Source of the DNA: Octopus bimaculoides
Taxonomy: Eukaryota
DNA: 64,000 bases
NCBI RefSeq assembly: GCF_001194135.2
Contig: NC_068993.1
Coordinates: forward strand, 14,120,524-14,184,523
Direction: 5' to 3'
Shown here: one piece after another, positions 27,152-40,447 of the stretch
How positions within the stretch are numbered: position 1 is the first letter of the stretch
Layout: each line of letters opens with the position of its first letter
Translations under genes and position numbers: made by a program
Notes under the pieces: generated by a model
What the model was told of the DNA's origin: nothing
Seen by the model: only the letters and a program-made list of their open reading frames with translations
Databases searched by the model: none

Positions 27152-27600
27152 ACCACCACCACCACCACCACCATCGCCACATCATCATCATCATCATCAT
27201 CATCACCAACATCATCACCACCACCACCAACACCACCACTACCACCATCATCATCATTCTCATCATCATCATCATCATCATCATTATCATTTTTATTACA
27301 AATTTTTATTACAAAAATTATAAGTGCCAACTAGGTGAAAGAAGACATTGATAATTTCAACGTTCATGAGGTCAGTATTTTTTTCTTGTAGTTCCCATTG
27401 ATGATAAGGAATGGATGACGATGATGATGATGATGTGGAGGAGGTGGAGGGGGGAAGGAGGTGGAGGAGGGGGATAAAAACGACGACGACAGCGACCAAG
27501 ACGAAAACTGTGATGGCGGTGATAATAGTGATGCTGATGCGATGATAATGAAGACGAAGTTACAGATCGCGACGATGAAGACGCTGATGATGATAGTAAT
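27152..27600. repeat. Compound (CAC)n/(CAT)n and (GAT/GAC/GGA)n low-complexity region
   Basis: Trinucleotide runs that produce the spurious poly-H, poly-D and poly-T ORFs. Confidence 0.9.
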
Positions 27601-28265
27601 AAAAAGGGTGGAAACGATTTCCCTTAGTGTCCTTGGTGCAAATGCGACATACTGGAAAACACTCAGCATTGAAGAATTATTTCAATACTATTAAGTATAC
27701 AGAATAAATTATGAATTTAGGTGGTGGTGACGAGACAAAGAAACAAGATATATTAGAAGCACTTCATATTTGAATGAAAACAAGAATACAAACAGCCAAA
27801 ACAAATATACTAAATTCAAAATATTATTGTGTGATAAAAAAAAATAAAAGACAAAATTTAAATCAAGCCAGTAATATCAAAATTAAAATCACTGATGCTG
27901 GTAATGGAATCATAGGGTGGACAGAGAGATGGGGTGGTCGGAGGTTTACAGTTTATTTGGCAATATAGAGTTGGCGTGGACGGAAACATTGAATGGGTTG
28001 AAGCAAGAATAGGTAGGATGAGTGGTTTCAAGTGGTACAAGGAAGGCGCTGTTTGGGAGGGGAGTTGGAATAAGGACGCGTAAGTGTTTGTTTTAGCGAA
28101 GATTTTAAAAATAAAAAAATACGTTATTCTAATATGCGTGTGTGCATGTGTATATATATATAGGTGTGTGTGTTTGTGTGTGTGTGCGTGTGTAGGTGTG
28201 AGTTTATCTGTGTATTCATATATTTATATTTACATACATATAAACATACACATATATTCATATAC

Positions 28266-28309
<44 letters not shown>

Positions 28310-28395
28310 NNNNNNNNNNNNNNNNNNNNNNNNNNNNNNNNNNNNNNNNNNNNNNNNNNNNNNNNNNNNNNNNNNNNNNNNNNNNNNNNNNNNNN

Positions 28396-28447
<52 letters not shown>

Positions 28448-29086
28448 TGAAAGAGGGACAGCGAGAGAGAGAAACAGATAGACAAACAGAGAACTTCATG
28501 TTAAGTGAGTATTATTTTAACAATTTTAATTCAGATATTCAGGGCTTGATAAAACGTGTCATTGACTCTTTCTCCTCCTCTCACTCTCACTCCTTCAGTA
28601 AAAAAAAAAAAGAAATAGAAAATACCGAGAACTTTAAAAAGGCAGCGAGTGAAGTGAGGAAAAGAAAGTCTATAATTTTTTTTCTGCATGCTTTTTAACG
28701 GAAACTTAAGAAATGTAGATTTCGAACATTGGTGATAAGAAAGCTGTGTCCATAGGGTTGGTTGGATATTCTTTATGGAATGTTGTTTACAATGAAGTGA
28801 TAATGCTTTTCTTAAAAAAATTATAATTTTTTTTTTTGTTTACTATCAGAAAACAATCAAACATTTCTCGGAGGTATGTGTGTATTTGCGTGCAATTATA
28901 TTTGGCGATGCCTATTTTTTCCCCTTCATGTCTTCATTCAATTTTGCAAATATGTTTTGCTCGTTGTTTTGTGTCTTTTTTCTGTAAACTGGCGAGACCT
29001 AAACAGGTTCCAGTTTTTTGTGTAAACTTGGAATTCATTTTCTTTATTACTACATGAGCAAATACGAATAGGTATGTATGTATATA

Positions 29087-29122
<36 letters not shown>

Positions 29123-29150
29123 TATATGTATGGAGTATATNNNNNNNNNN

Positions 29151-29219
<69 letters not shown>

Positions 29220-30354
29220 AACAGTTTTGCTTTTGAATATGTTGAAACAAATGTGTTCAAGTAGAATATCGTTTATAAAGCATTTTTCGATTACGTATAT
29301 ATTCGTACTTAATACGCTCTGGCAGATTCGAACGTGAAGTTGAGAATCGCTAATCACTGTTGTATTCGTTCATGGAGAGCATTTGTTTCAGATGAATGTC
29401 TGTTCATAACACTCTCAATTTATTAATATAAGGAGATTTGGAAACACCCGGTGTTTCTATTCTTTTCTATCTCCAAAAGCAATGCTACAGCAGTCTAATG
29501 AATCTAACAAGAGATTTTGGCTCTAGTCTACTTCTTTATGTGTGATGTTATCTTCCGACCGAACATTATAGAGGGTATAGATTTTCATTCTTAATATGTT
29601 TCGCCCAATTCGAACATTACTATGCTAATCGCTGGTGTATTTCATCATTGGAGAAGAAACTACCCTTTCAGTCGAATTTATGTTTATAAAACAACTTTTC
29701 GTATGTTCATATTAACTCTGATAATATTCTGTGTAATTAACATTTTAAAGCCTTCTTGACGTTAGCTTCTGAATGATGTAATGCAAACGGTGTATTATTG
29801 AGGCAGTTTCTTAAAACAGAAACCTATCCGTGTATGTTGAACTAATAAAATCTGTCTTGCCAAGTTCTCTTTCTATACATAGTCCGTCACGCACGTACAT
29901 ATATACGTACACATACACACACATACAAATACACACACACGCGCACAAGCACAGAGACACACACACAAACACACACATATATATAGGAAGGTATATACAT
30001 ACAGACACACACATACACATATATATGTAGAGCTTTGAAAAGTAATAGGACAAGGTAGAACATGCTAAAATAATTTCATCATGAAATACATTTTGTAACG
30101 GTTAATTACGACTTTTTTTCAACTAAGTGTAAAACAAAGCTGGATATTAATTAAGAAGAAAAACTGAAATGAATTGTTTTGTGAATATTTCCATAGTCTT
30201 TAAATAGGTAGGACATTTTCCTTTTTTCTGTCTGTCTCTCTCCTTTCCATTTTGGATGCTCGGTAATTAGTTGTAGATTTGGAAAAAATAGCGTTTATGG
30301 GTGCAGAGTAATATTTGGTTCTGTAGTTTGATGGTTTAAGCAGCAGCAGCCATT

Positions 30355-30437
30355 GAAGAAGAAGAAGAAGAAGAAGAAGAAGAAGAAGAAGAAGAAGAAG
30401 AAGAAGAAGAAGAAGAAGAAGAAGAAGAAGAAGAAGA
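30355..30437. repeat. (GAA)n microsatellite
   Basis: Perfect GAA run. Confidence 0.97.
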
Positions 30438-31733
30438 CCCAGTAGTGCAGGCTGTCCGTGGATTCTACTTTAATGGTCAAGTGACCTAAAAGTGACCTTT
30501 TATAGCAGGAGTAGTAGAAACTATTCGAAATAAATAAATGGGTAGCGACTGTTCTTAATATATCTATCGTTTTTAATATTTCCATGGGTATTCTTCAAAG
30601 GTCATGGTAGTGTAATCATCTGTGGTGGAAGCATTCAAAAGCGGTTTATATTTTGCGATAAAATATGATCCTTTGCTAATGTGCTGATTATAGTTTGCTT
30701 TGACCCAAAGGATATAGTGGGGTAAAATTCTAGTGATAGGTTGGTCATTAGTGGCGCAAGTGTCGACGTATTCACTTAATGCTATTTTTTCTGTATTCCC
30801 GTACTTTAATCTGGGAATTATGTACGGTCATCTCCTGACGTAGATTGCTTTTCATTTGACCATTGCATTGCTCTCGATAACCTGAGAGAGAAAAAACGAA
30901 AATGCCCCACCTATTTGATAACTATCGAAATATTTACAAAACATTTCATTAAATTTTTTCCTCACCTGAATTGTTTTTCTTCTTAATTAATACCCACCTT
31001 AGTTAAAATGATGAAAAGACTGAAACCTGTACTAACCGTTACAAAATGTATTTCATGATAAATTTATTTTAGCATTTTCTACCTTGTCTCTCTCTCGCCC
31101 ACTCCCTCTCTCCCCCTCTCTCCTTCTCCCCCCTCCCCCTCTCTCCCTNNNNNNNNNNNNNNNNNNNNNNNNNNNNNNNNNNNNNNNNNNNNNNNNNNNN
31201 NNNNNNNNNNNNNNNNNNNNNNNNNNNNNNNNNNNNNNNNNNNNNNNNNNNNNNNNNNNNNNNNNNNNNNNNNNNNNNNNNNNNNNNNNNNNNNNNNNNN
31301 NNNNNNNNNNNNNNNNNNNNNNNNNNNNNNNNNNNNNNNNNNNNNNNNNNNNNNNNNNNNNNNNNNNNNNNNNNNNNNNNNNNNNNNNNNNNNNNNNNNN
31401 NNNNNNNNNNNNNNNNNNNNNNNNNNNNNNNNNNNNNNNNNNNNNNNNNNNNNNNNNNNNNNNNNNNNNNNNNNNNNNNNNNNNNNNNNNNNNNNNNNNN
31501 NNNNNNNNNNNNNNNNNNNNNNNNNNNNNNNNNNNNNNNNNNNNNNNNNNNNNNNNNNNNNNNNNNNNNNNNNNNNNNNNNNNNNNNNNNNNNNNNNNNN
31601 NNNNNNNNNNNNNNNNNNNNNNNNNNNNNNNNNNNNNNNNNNNNNNNNNNNNNNNNNNNNNNNNNNNNNNNNNNNNNNNNNNNNNNNNNNNNNNNNNNNN
31701 NNNNNNNNNNNNNNNNNNNNNNNNNNNNNNNNN

Positions 31734-31766
<33 letters not shown>

Positions 31767-32319
31767 CATTCCTGTTAACTAAAATTATTTTTGGTGCATC
31801 ACATCTCTTCGATCTTCGTTCGAGTATCTTTCTAAAAGTATTGTTTTTATTGTGGCATATCTTAGTTTTGAAGTTTCCTCTTTTGAAAATATTCCTGCTC
31901 AGTTTATTTAATATACACTTTCATGTACCCATAATGTAATAGGATATGCTTTGAGCTACCATTGTATTGGTGTTCGATTAAATATTATAGCCTTGAGTTA
32001 ACCGGTAACTTTTAAGACCGTTTTTGAGAGGAGATCAGTCAAAAGTTCACCTTTTAAAGACAAATAAACATTGCAGATGTATTACGACAATATCTACACA
32101 GGAAGCATCTACAATCGCGTCTCACGTAGAACGTTTTGGATTATTATCTCCTTCTACGGTGCAACACAGAGAGAGTCAGACATAAACCCACACACATACA
32201 AGCACATATATATAAAATGCAATGCGTGTGTATGTGTGTATATATAAATGTGTGTGTGTGAGCGTATATAATATATATATATATATATATATTATATTAT
32301 TTTATCCTTTTATTTTTTT

Positions 32320-32516
32320 ATTATTTCTCACAGTCATTTTGACTGAGGCCATGCTGGAGCACTGCCTTTTAGTCGATGAAATAGATTCCCGGACTTATTC
32401 TTTGTAGACTTGATACTTATTCTATTGGTCTTTTTTTGCCGAACGGCCATGTTACGGGGACGTAAACACACCAAGATTGGTTATCAAACGATAGTTGAGG
32501 GACAAATATATACACG

Positions 32517-32520
<4 letters not shown>
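32320..32520 (-). mobile_element. SINE family A, 3' half (5' half may lie in gap 32591-32839)
   Basis: CAGTCATTTTGACTGAGGCCATGCTGGAGCACTGCCTTTTAGTCG...TTGCCGAACGG..GTTACGGGGACGTAAACACACCA. Confidence 0.85.
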
Positions 32521-32558
<38 letters not shown>

Positions 32559-33077
32559 CACGCACACACACACACATATATGTATATATANNNNNNNNNN
32601 NNNNNNNNNNNNNNNNNNNNNNNNNNNNNNNNNNNNNNNNNNNNNNNNNNNNNNNNNNNNNNNNNNNNNNNNNNNNNNNNNNNNNNNNNNNNNNNNNNNN
32701 NNNNNNNNNNNNNNNNNNNNNNNNNNNNNNNNNNNNNNNNNNNNNNNNNNNNNNNNNNNNNNNNNNNNNNNNNNNNNNNNNNNNNNNNNNNNNNNNNNNN
32801 NNNNNNNNNNNNNNNNNNNNNNNNNNNNNNNNNNNNNNNGTACAGAAGTAAATATTGAAAAAAAAGTCGTCAGAATTTTGGAATAACTTCTTTCATTTAT
32901 TTTATACATATTTTAGCGCTTTCGTTCGTCTTTCGAACTTGTCAAATATAACTGTGAAAATACAGAGATCTAGCTTATTTATATAAAAACAGGTGTTTTG
33001 GGGGGTTTTGTTTATAACAGAACATTTTTTTTTTGTTTTGTTTTTGGGTGAGGCTATATACATATATAATTTAAAGA

Positions 33078-33720
33078 TGAACCACAACTCAGTCATCGAA
33101 GAACACGTCCAAATCCACGTTATGTCCCATGTAACATGGAAACCAAGTTTCCCGAAACTATGATGATCTTAGCGTGTGATGTTTATTACATGCCACTCCA
33201 CATCATTGAACAAGGTTTAGGAAAGATGCTAGAGAACAATACTGGCTAATGATAGTTGCTTTTGGAAGGCCAAATGTGTGGGAGCGGCATTCGGTTCCTT
33301 CCCATACTTCCTGAAAGAGTCAAAACTGATTCTTGGAGAATTTCTAAAATGTCTCCTGCCCCAATTTCTGTCCAACTAATTCCTCCGATTGTAATCTCAT
33401 TGTTCACTACGTGTTGAGCCCTGTTGAAGAATATATAAACTGCTCTGACTGCAACACCAAGTCCGTTCTGTTGGTAAAGCTTAATGATGTGTACGAAGAT
33501 CTTCCTAGGGACAGAATGAAGATCGCATATGCCAGATCTGGAGTTGCATTAAAGCCGTGGTGGAAGCTACGGGCTGTTACTTTGCGCTAACTGATATCTC
33601 CCAGCCATAATCTATTTGATATATTTTGATTTTTTAAAGATATTTTTTTCTTTGGAATGGGATTATTGTGTTTTCTTTTATTTTTAAGCAAACTGTCCAA
33701 TTTAGCGCGAACAAACTATA
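33078..33720 (+). mobile_element. Decayed mariner transposon, DD37D (maT-type) transposase remnant
   Basis: Translates as NPRYVPCNMETKFPETMMI...FGRPNVWERHSVPSHTS*KSQN*FLENF*NVSCPNFCPTNSSDCNLIVHYVLSPVEEYINCSDCNTKSVLLVKLNDVYEDLPRDRMKIAYAR/SCIKAVVEATGCYF. The second and third catalytic Asp positions (mutated to H and V) are 37 residues apart; several stops and frameshifts. Possible terminal repeat ...TTTAGCGCGAACAAACTATA near 33720. Confidence 0.85.
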
Positions 33721-34144
33721 TATTCACATAGAATAACAGCCGAAGTTTTGCTAAAATTTCCGTCATTGAAATACTGTGCGCAATGAAGCTCAGACTACTG
33801 ATACAACAATACCACGTTAATATAACAACTGAATAACTAAATTAAGTGTTGTTTACAAATTGTATACTGTTTAATTCTATCTGTATCCACTTGATATAGT
33901 GATAGACATATTGAAAACAAAAGGAATCTGTGACTTAAATTAATTTGTATAACACATAACTTTATTCGATATTTCTAACATTCCATTATTCCATGTATAT
34001 TTTTAACAATTTCTAAATAGATATTTATATGACATAGTATAGTTAACTGTCGATGTTTGAAGTTACAGAAGTTATTTGAGTGCGTCCTTTTCTTTTACCG
34101 ACAAATATGTAAGACATATTTTATATATATATATGTATAGATAT

Positions 34145-35650
34145 AGTAGGAATTTACAAAAAAAAGCAGAAACGAAAGACGAAGACGGGAGTGTAAACAA
34201 CAAATACATGTATTAGTTTAAAGCTCGGCAAATGAGAAAGTCTTTTACGTTTCGAGCCTATGTTCTCCGACAGAAAGGAACACAGAAATAAACAGGGAGA
34301 GAAAATTTAAAAAAAAAGGTTTAGTGGCTAATAATCTATCATGGCGAATGCCGGACAGATGGGTCATACAGGAGAGCTAGGAAAAAGGGGAGATAATAAA
34401 GTTGTGGTGATCTCAAAACAAAGGTGCTCGTGCGTATGTATGTGAGAGCGTGTGGTGACCTTGACGTGTGTGTGTGTGCATGTGTAGGTGTGTGGATGAT
34501 GGNNNNNNNNNNNNNNNNNNNNNNNNNNNNNNNNNNNNNNNNNNNNNNNNNNNNNNNNNNNNNNNNNNNNNNNNNNNNNNNNNNNNNNNNNNNNNNNNNN
34601 NNNNNNNNNNNNNNNNNNNNNNNNNNNNNNNNNNNNNNNNNNNNNNNNNNNNNNNNNNNNNNNNNNNNNNNNNNNNNNNNNNNNNNNNNNNNNNNNNNNN
34701 NNNNNNNNNNNNNNNNNNNNNNNNNNNNNNNNNNNNNNNNNNNNNNNNNNNNNNNNNNNNNNNNNNNNNNNNNNNNNNNNNNNNNNNNNNNNNNNNNNNN
34801 NNNNNNNNNNNNNNNNNNNNNNNNNNNNNNNNNNNNNNNNNNNNNNNNNNNNNNNNNNNNNNNNNNNNNNNNNNNNNNNNNNNNNNNNNNNNNNNNNNNN
34901 NNNNNNTGGTGTGTGGGTTGGGGGTGAGGGTGGTGGTAGGGATAGGTATGTGGGAGTGGGATGTAAGGGAAGGGGATCCAATGAGGTGCATAGGAATGGT
35001 GGGATAGGAATGTGTAGGTGTGGGGTAATGATGGAGGGTGTGACGATGAAGTGAGAGGGTGGAAAGAAGAAGGTGTGTAGGAGTAAAGAGAGGAAGTAGG
35101 TGTCAGAGCAAGAGAGGAGAGGTGAGTGGGAAGAAGTGAGTGTGAAAGGAAGAGGGGAGGAGGGTTAGATGAAGAGGGGAGAGGTTTGAGCCCAAGTGTA
35201 GCAAAGGAGCGAAGCGAGAAGATTAATCCCTTCTCACGGCGAAGATGGGAGTCTGGATGGCCTCTGTGGAAGGTAAATCCGAACACAGACAGGTGTTCAA
35301 AAGAATAACCGGTAGAGCAGAAATGTCGCGCGACCGGGATGTCATTGCCGAGTCTGATGTCTCGGAGGTGTTATGCGAACCGGTCAGCCAAGTAGCGTCA
35401 CGTTTGATCGAGGTATAGAGGACATAGAGACCAGGAGATGTAGTAGATGACGTTGCTAGAACTGCAGATGAAGGAGTCAGTGATATGATAGGGTCAATGA
35501 TGGGTGCCAGTGAGGAAGGTGGTGTTGGGGAGGTAAGAGCAAGTGAGGCAGTGTGGACGGGAGTAGGGGAACGAGCCGGGTTGGTATGTTGGGTTAGGGA
35601 AGAAATGTGCACCTAGAGGTTTCGTAGGTTGTGGAGAGGAGGGGTCAGTT
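34145..35650 (-). mobile_element. Penelope-like retroelement 3' portion: Cys linker, GIY-YIG endonuclease pseudogene and 3' terminal region (interrupted by gap 34503-34906)
   Basis: One minus frame reads PGSFPYSRPHCLTCSYLPNTTFLTGTHH*PYHITDSFICSSSNVIYYISWSLCPLYLDQT*RYLADRFA*HLRDIRLGNDIPVARHFCSTGYSFEHLSVFGFTFHRGHPDSHLRREKGLIFSLRSFATLGLK. This is the PLE CxxC linker plus the GIY-YIG motifs (IY..LYIGQT.R.LxxRFxEH), with 3 stops. Confidence 0.88.
34242..34277 (-). ncRNA. Degenerate minimal type-I hammerhead ribozyme motif in the PLE terminal region
   Basis: The minus strand reads CTTT-CTGTCGG-A-GAAC-ATAG-GCTC-GAAA-CG-TA-AAAG: 4-bp stem I (CTTT/AAAG), stem II with one mismatch, GAAA, minimal stem III and a GUA site. 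The core deviates from CUGANGA at two positions. Confidence 0.55.
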
Positions 35651-35723
35651 AGAGAAGCATATGTAAGCATATGTACATATACATATATATACACATACGT
35701 ATATAAATGTGTGTGTGAGTGTG

Positions 35724-35759
<36 letters not shown>

Positions 35760-38498
35760 NNNNNNNNNNNNNNNNNNNNNNNNNNNNNNNNNNNNNNNNN
35801 NNNNNNNNNNNNNNNNNNNNNNNNNNNNNNNNNNNNNNNNNNNNNNNNNNNNNNNNNNNNNNNNNNNNNNNNNNNNNNNNNNNNNNNNNNNNNNNNNNNN
35901 NNNNNNNNNNNNNNNNNNNNNNNNNNNNNNNNNNNNNNNNNNNNNNNNNNNNNNNNNNNNNNNNNNNNNNNNNNNNNNNNNNNNNNNNNNNNNNNNNNNN
36001 NNNNNNNNNNNNNNNNNNNNNNNNNNNNNNNNNNNNNNNNNNNNNNNNNNNNNNNNNNNNNNNNNNNNNNNNNNNNNNNNNNNNNNNNNNNNNNNNNNNN
36101 NNNNNNNNNNNNNNNNNNNNNNNNNNNNNNNNNNNNNNNNNNNNNNNNNNNNNNNNNNNNNNNNNNNNNNNNNNNNNNNNNNNNNNNNNNNNNNNNNNNN
36201 NNNNNNNNNNNNNNNNNNNNNNNNNNNNNNNNNNNNNNNNNNNNNNNNNNNNNNNNNNNNNNNNNNNNNNNNNNNNNNNNNNNNNNNNNNNNNNNNNNNN
36301 NNNNNNNNNNNNNNNNNNNNNNNNNNNNNNNNNNNNNNNNNNNNNNNNNNNNNNNNNNNNNNNNNNNNNNNNNNNNNNNNNNNNNNNNNNNNNNNNNNNN
36401 NNNNNNNNNNNNNNNNNNNNNNNNNNNNNNNNNNNNNNNNNNNNNNNNNNNNNNNNNNNNNNNNNNNNNNNNNNNNNNNNNNNNNNNNNNNNNNNNNNNN
36501 NNNNNNNNNNNNNNNNNNNNNNNNNNNNNNNNNNNNNNTATATATATATATATGCATATGAAACCTTATTAATTCCATACTACATTTGCGTTATATGACA
36601 AGGTGATATTACATACACCCTTCCTGGCATATTTTCATTCAGACTATTTGTTAGGAATCTTATATAAACACAATGTTACGCCTCAGGCAAGGTGACAATT
36701 CTATTCTGCTTTTCATGAACGTGTATCCAGATACAAGTATATGCATGCATATGTGTGTGTCGGTGCATTCGTCTAAGTGTATGGCGGTATGTATGCATGC
36801 ATGTATGTATGTATGAATGTATGTACGCATGTTTCTATGTGTGTATGTGTATTCGGCTTATTTGCTAATGGGTTTTATTATTAGCTTGTATGCTATAGAG
36901 CTCATATCATTTTTTTTGTATGATTTGCTTGGTTGTCTATTCATAATGTGTACGATTTTTATCAATGTATTAACGTATAAGGGAGTGGTTGTATATTTTA
37001 TAGCTGGCAGTATTTAGAAAGTGGTTCAAATTTTAATGAGGGTGCAAGTTCTAAACTTGGAGCTACAAAACTTCGTAGCAATGGCAAGAACCTTTAAATA
37101 ATATATATATATATATATATATANNNNNNNNNNNNNNNNNNNNNNNNNNNNNNNNNNNNNNNNNNNNNNNNNNNNNNNNNNNNNNNNNNNNNNNNNNNNN
37201 NNNNNNNNNNNNNNNNNNNNNNNNNNNNNNNNNNNNNNNNNNNNNNNNNNNNNNNNNNNNNNNNNNNNNNNNNNNNNNNNNNNNNNNNNNNNNNNNNNNN
37301 NNNNNNNNNNNNNNNNNNNNNNNNNNNNNNNNNNNNNNNNNNNNNNNNNNNNNNNNNNNNNNNNNNNNNNNNNNNNNNNNNNNNNNNNNNNNNNNNNNNN
37401 NNNNNNNNNNNNNNNNNNNNNNNNNNNNNNNNNNNNNNNNNNNNNNNNNNNNNNNNNNNNNNNNNNNNNNNNNNNNNNNNNNNNNNNNNNNNNNNNNNNN
37501 NNNNNNNNNNNNNNNNNNNNNNNNNNNNNNNNNNNNNNNNNNNNNNNNNNNNNNNNNNNNNNNNNNNNNNNNNNNNNNNNNNNNNNNNNNNNNNNNNNNN
37601 NNNNNNNNNNNNNNNNNNNNNNNNNNNNNNNNNNNNNNNNNNNNNNNNNNNNNNNNNNNNNNNNNNNNNNNNNNNNNNNNNNNNNNNNNNNNNNNNNNNN
37701 NNNNNNNNNNNNNNNNNNNNNNNNNNNNNNNNNNNNNNNNNNNNNNNNNNNNNNNNNNNNNNNNNNNNNNNNNNNNNNNNNNNNNNNNNNNNNNNNNNNN
37801 NNNNNNNNNNNNNNNNNNNNNNNNNNNNNNNNNNNNNNNNNNNNNNNNNNNNNNNNNNNNNNNNNNNNNNNNNNNNNNNNNNNNNNNNNNNNNNNNNNNN
37901 NNNNNNNNNNNNNNNNNNNNNNNNNNNNNNNNNNNNNNNNNNNNNNNNNNNNNNNNNNNNNNNNNNNNNNNNNNNNNNNNNNNNNNNNNNNNNNNNNNNN
38001 NNNNNNNNNNNNNNNNNNNNNNNNNNNNNNNNNNNNNNNNNNNNNNNNNNNNNNNNNNNNNNNNNNNNNNNNNNNNNNNNNNNNNNNNNNNGGAAAAAAT
38101 TATGAATGAAAAAATTAGGAAAGAAAAAATTATTAAGAATAAAAGGTAAAACTTTATATATATATACAAAGTTTTGATTTTAAAAAACTTTAACGATATT
38201 ATAAACTATAAAGATTAATAATTAGTCAAATAATATTAATCAAAAATAATCGAAAATATGTCAACACTATTCCAATCGAAGTTCTAATATTATGTTGAAA
38301 TGAAACTATAACTTGTAAATAATTTAGTGTTAATAAGTTATCTATTAAAATAATCTATAAAGAACCAAATGAATACTATTAAAACAAGAATACATATTAT
38401 TTTCAAATAGTAGAAAATCTTTAGCAAAGTGAAAACAGTACTTATCCAAATTTTTCCGTAATTCAAACTCATACGTATGCATGTATGCGTGTGTATGT

Positions 38499-38531
<33 letters not shown>

Positions 38532-38798
38532 TGTGTGTGTATGTGTGTGTATGTGTGTGTGTGCATGTCTGTGTTTAAGAGTTTACATAATTTTGGAAAA
38601 TGTAAAGCCACGCAAATGAAAGTAAAACCATATTATATAATCCAATTCACCGATCTACTTAACGAAATCAATATAAATAGAAACATAACTGAATATACAC
38701 ACCGACACTCATATACCTAAATATTACATGTACATATAATAATACATACGTACATACATTGATACACACATACACACACATGCGTACACACACACACT

Positions 38799-38853
<55 letters not shown>

Positions 38854-39832
38854 TTCAACATTTTAACATGTACATATTCTTCTACTCTGTTCCATGTTTA
38901 GTGAATTACATATAATTTCAGTAATTTTAATGTTATATATTGGAGAACATTAAGATTCATGGGTATTTAGCTATTAAATTATCTGACTATAACTAAATCA
39001 TACACCAAAACAAAACAAGTACTTTCTCTACAATTTTTCAGATTACGCGCGAGTGCATGTGTGTTTGCGCATAGTTACATATAAGCATAAATACACATAT
39101 ATATTCTTGCATAAATAGTTACATAAATAGATACAGACACACACAGGCATATGTATGCATGTATGTATGTATGTTTGTATGTATGTATGTATGTATAATC
39201 CAATCTGAGTATAGTAAATATATTTTGCAATACAGTTACAATATTGGAATAAATCTTGAACAGTGTTTTTTTTTTCTTAAATGTATGATTATTTTAATAG
39301 TTTATTTTACGTAACTTACTTTCTATAGAAATTAATTTTAACATAAGACTATTCCATTTAACGGAATTGAGCTTTTAGCATGACAATTCCCAGACCTACA
39401 ACATATTTTGAGTTTTGATGTATGACGTATTTAACTTCAAATCGCTATTAATAACACAGTTATAACTATAGCATATATTGAATATATGCTGACGTGTATG
39501 TTTCAATTATATAATTTATGTAAACATATTATAATTCAGCTATATTTCCTCAAGACACTTCCACAAGTACTTTTTAGTGAAAAATACTTTGGACTTTTTT
39601 CCACCTAATTTTGTTGTGTTTAAAAAAAACATCCTTTTACTAAATTGTCGTATGTGCATTTAATGAGATCTCTATGTATTTCCGTTATAATATCTTTTGC
39701 AGAACCACAGCGTTACCGGTACGCGGACAGACCTACATCATTTATCCAGCGCCGATTTCGGTCGACCACAAACACACTCACAAACATATATACATATATG
39801 CGCACGTGCGCACACGCACACACACACACAAT

Positions 39833-39900
39833 AGGCGAAGGCATGGTTGTGTGGTAAGAAGTTTGCTTCCCAACCACATGCTTCCAGGTTCAGTCCCACT
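39833..39900 (+). mobile_element. SINE family A, tRNA-like head only
   Basis: AGGCGAAGGCATGGTTGTGTGGTAAGAAGTTTGCTTCCCAACCACATGCTTCCAGGTTCAGTCCCACT. Confidence 0.85.
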
Positions 39901-40406
39901 AAAAGCACGCGTATGCATAGACATAGACATATGTATGTTTAGTTATATTTATGGTAAAGCGTAAATACCTTTAGAGAGTACTGTACAAATGAGCTTAAGT
40001 GATTCAGATGGAAATGTTATATCGCAAATTAAAATCATTATGTATACAATGTATTTGTTAAGTAGATTGACAATATCTCCATTTTGAAAGCCTCCAGAGA
40101 AGACAATGATAGTTAAAGTAAATCTTGTATTTGTGGATGTATGGATAGATGTATGCATATATGTTTCTATGCTTGCTTGTATGTATACATACTTGTTTGT
40201 ATGCTTGTTTCTATGTATGTATGCATATGTGTTACACATATTTGAGTGTGTGAGTGTGTATTAGTTTGTTTATGTGTGGTTATATAGTGTTAGATATTTA
40301 GAGTATGCAAATCGGGCCCTCTACATCTCTAAAACTTCTAGATTTGTTTATGTATATAAACAGACTGGCTCTCTGTTTCTCTAGGATTGGGTAAATCACG
40401 TAAACA

Positions 40407-40447
40407 CTTCTGACGAGACCCCAATACGGTACGAAAGCAGGATTAAG
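40407..40447 (+). ncRNA. Hammerhead-like motif, probably from a solo PLE terminal repeat
   Basis: CTGACGA-GACC-ccaatac-GGT(A)C-GAAA: both core strands are intact and stem II has one bulge, but stems I and III are poor. Confidence 0.35.

Noticed and set aside
27601-27694. VETISLSVLGA as a third R4/Dong C-terminal relic
   Set aside because: Similarity is too short; the LQK/GTA/ILRKVL motifs are absent.
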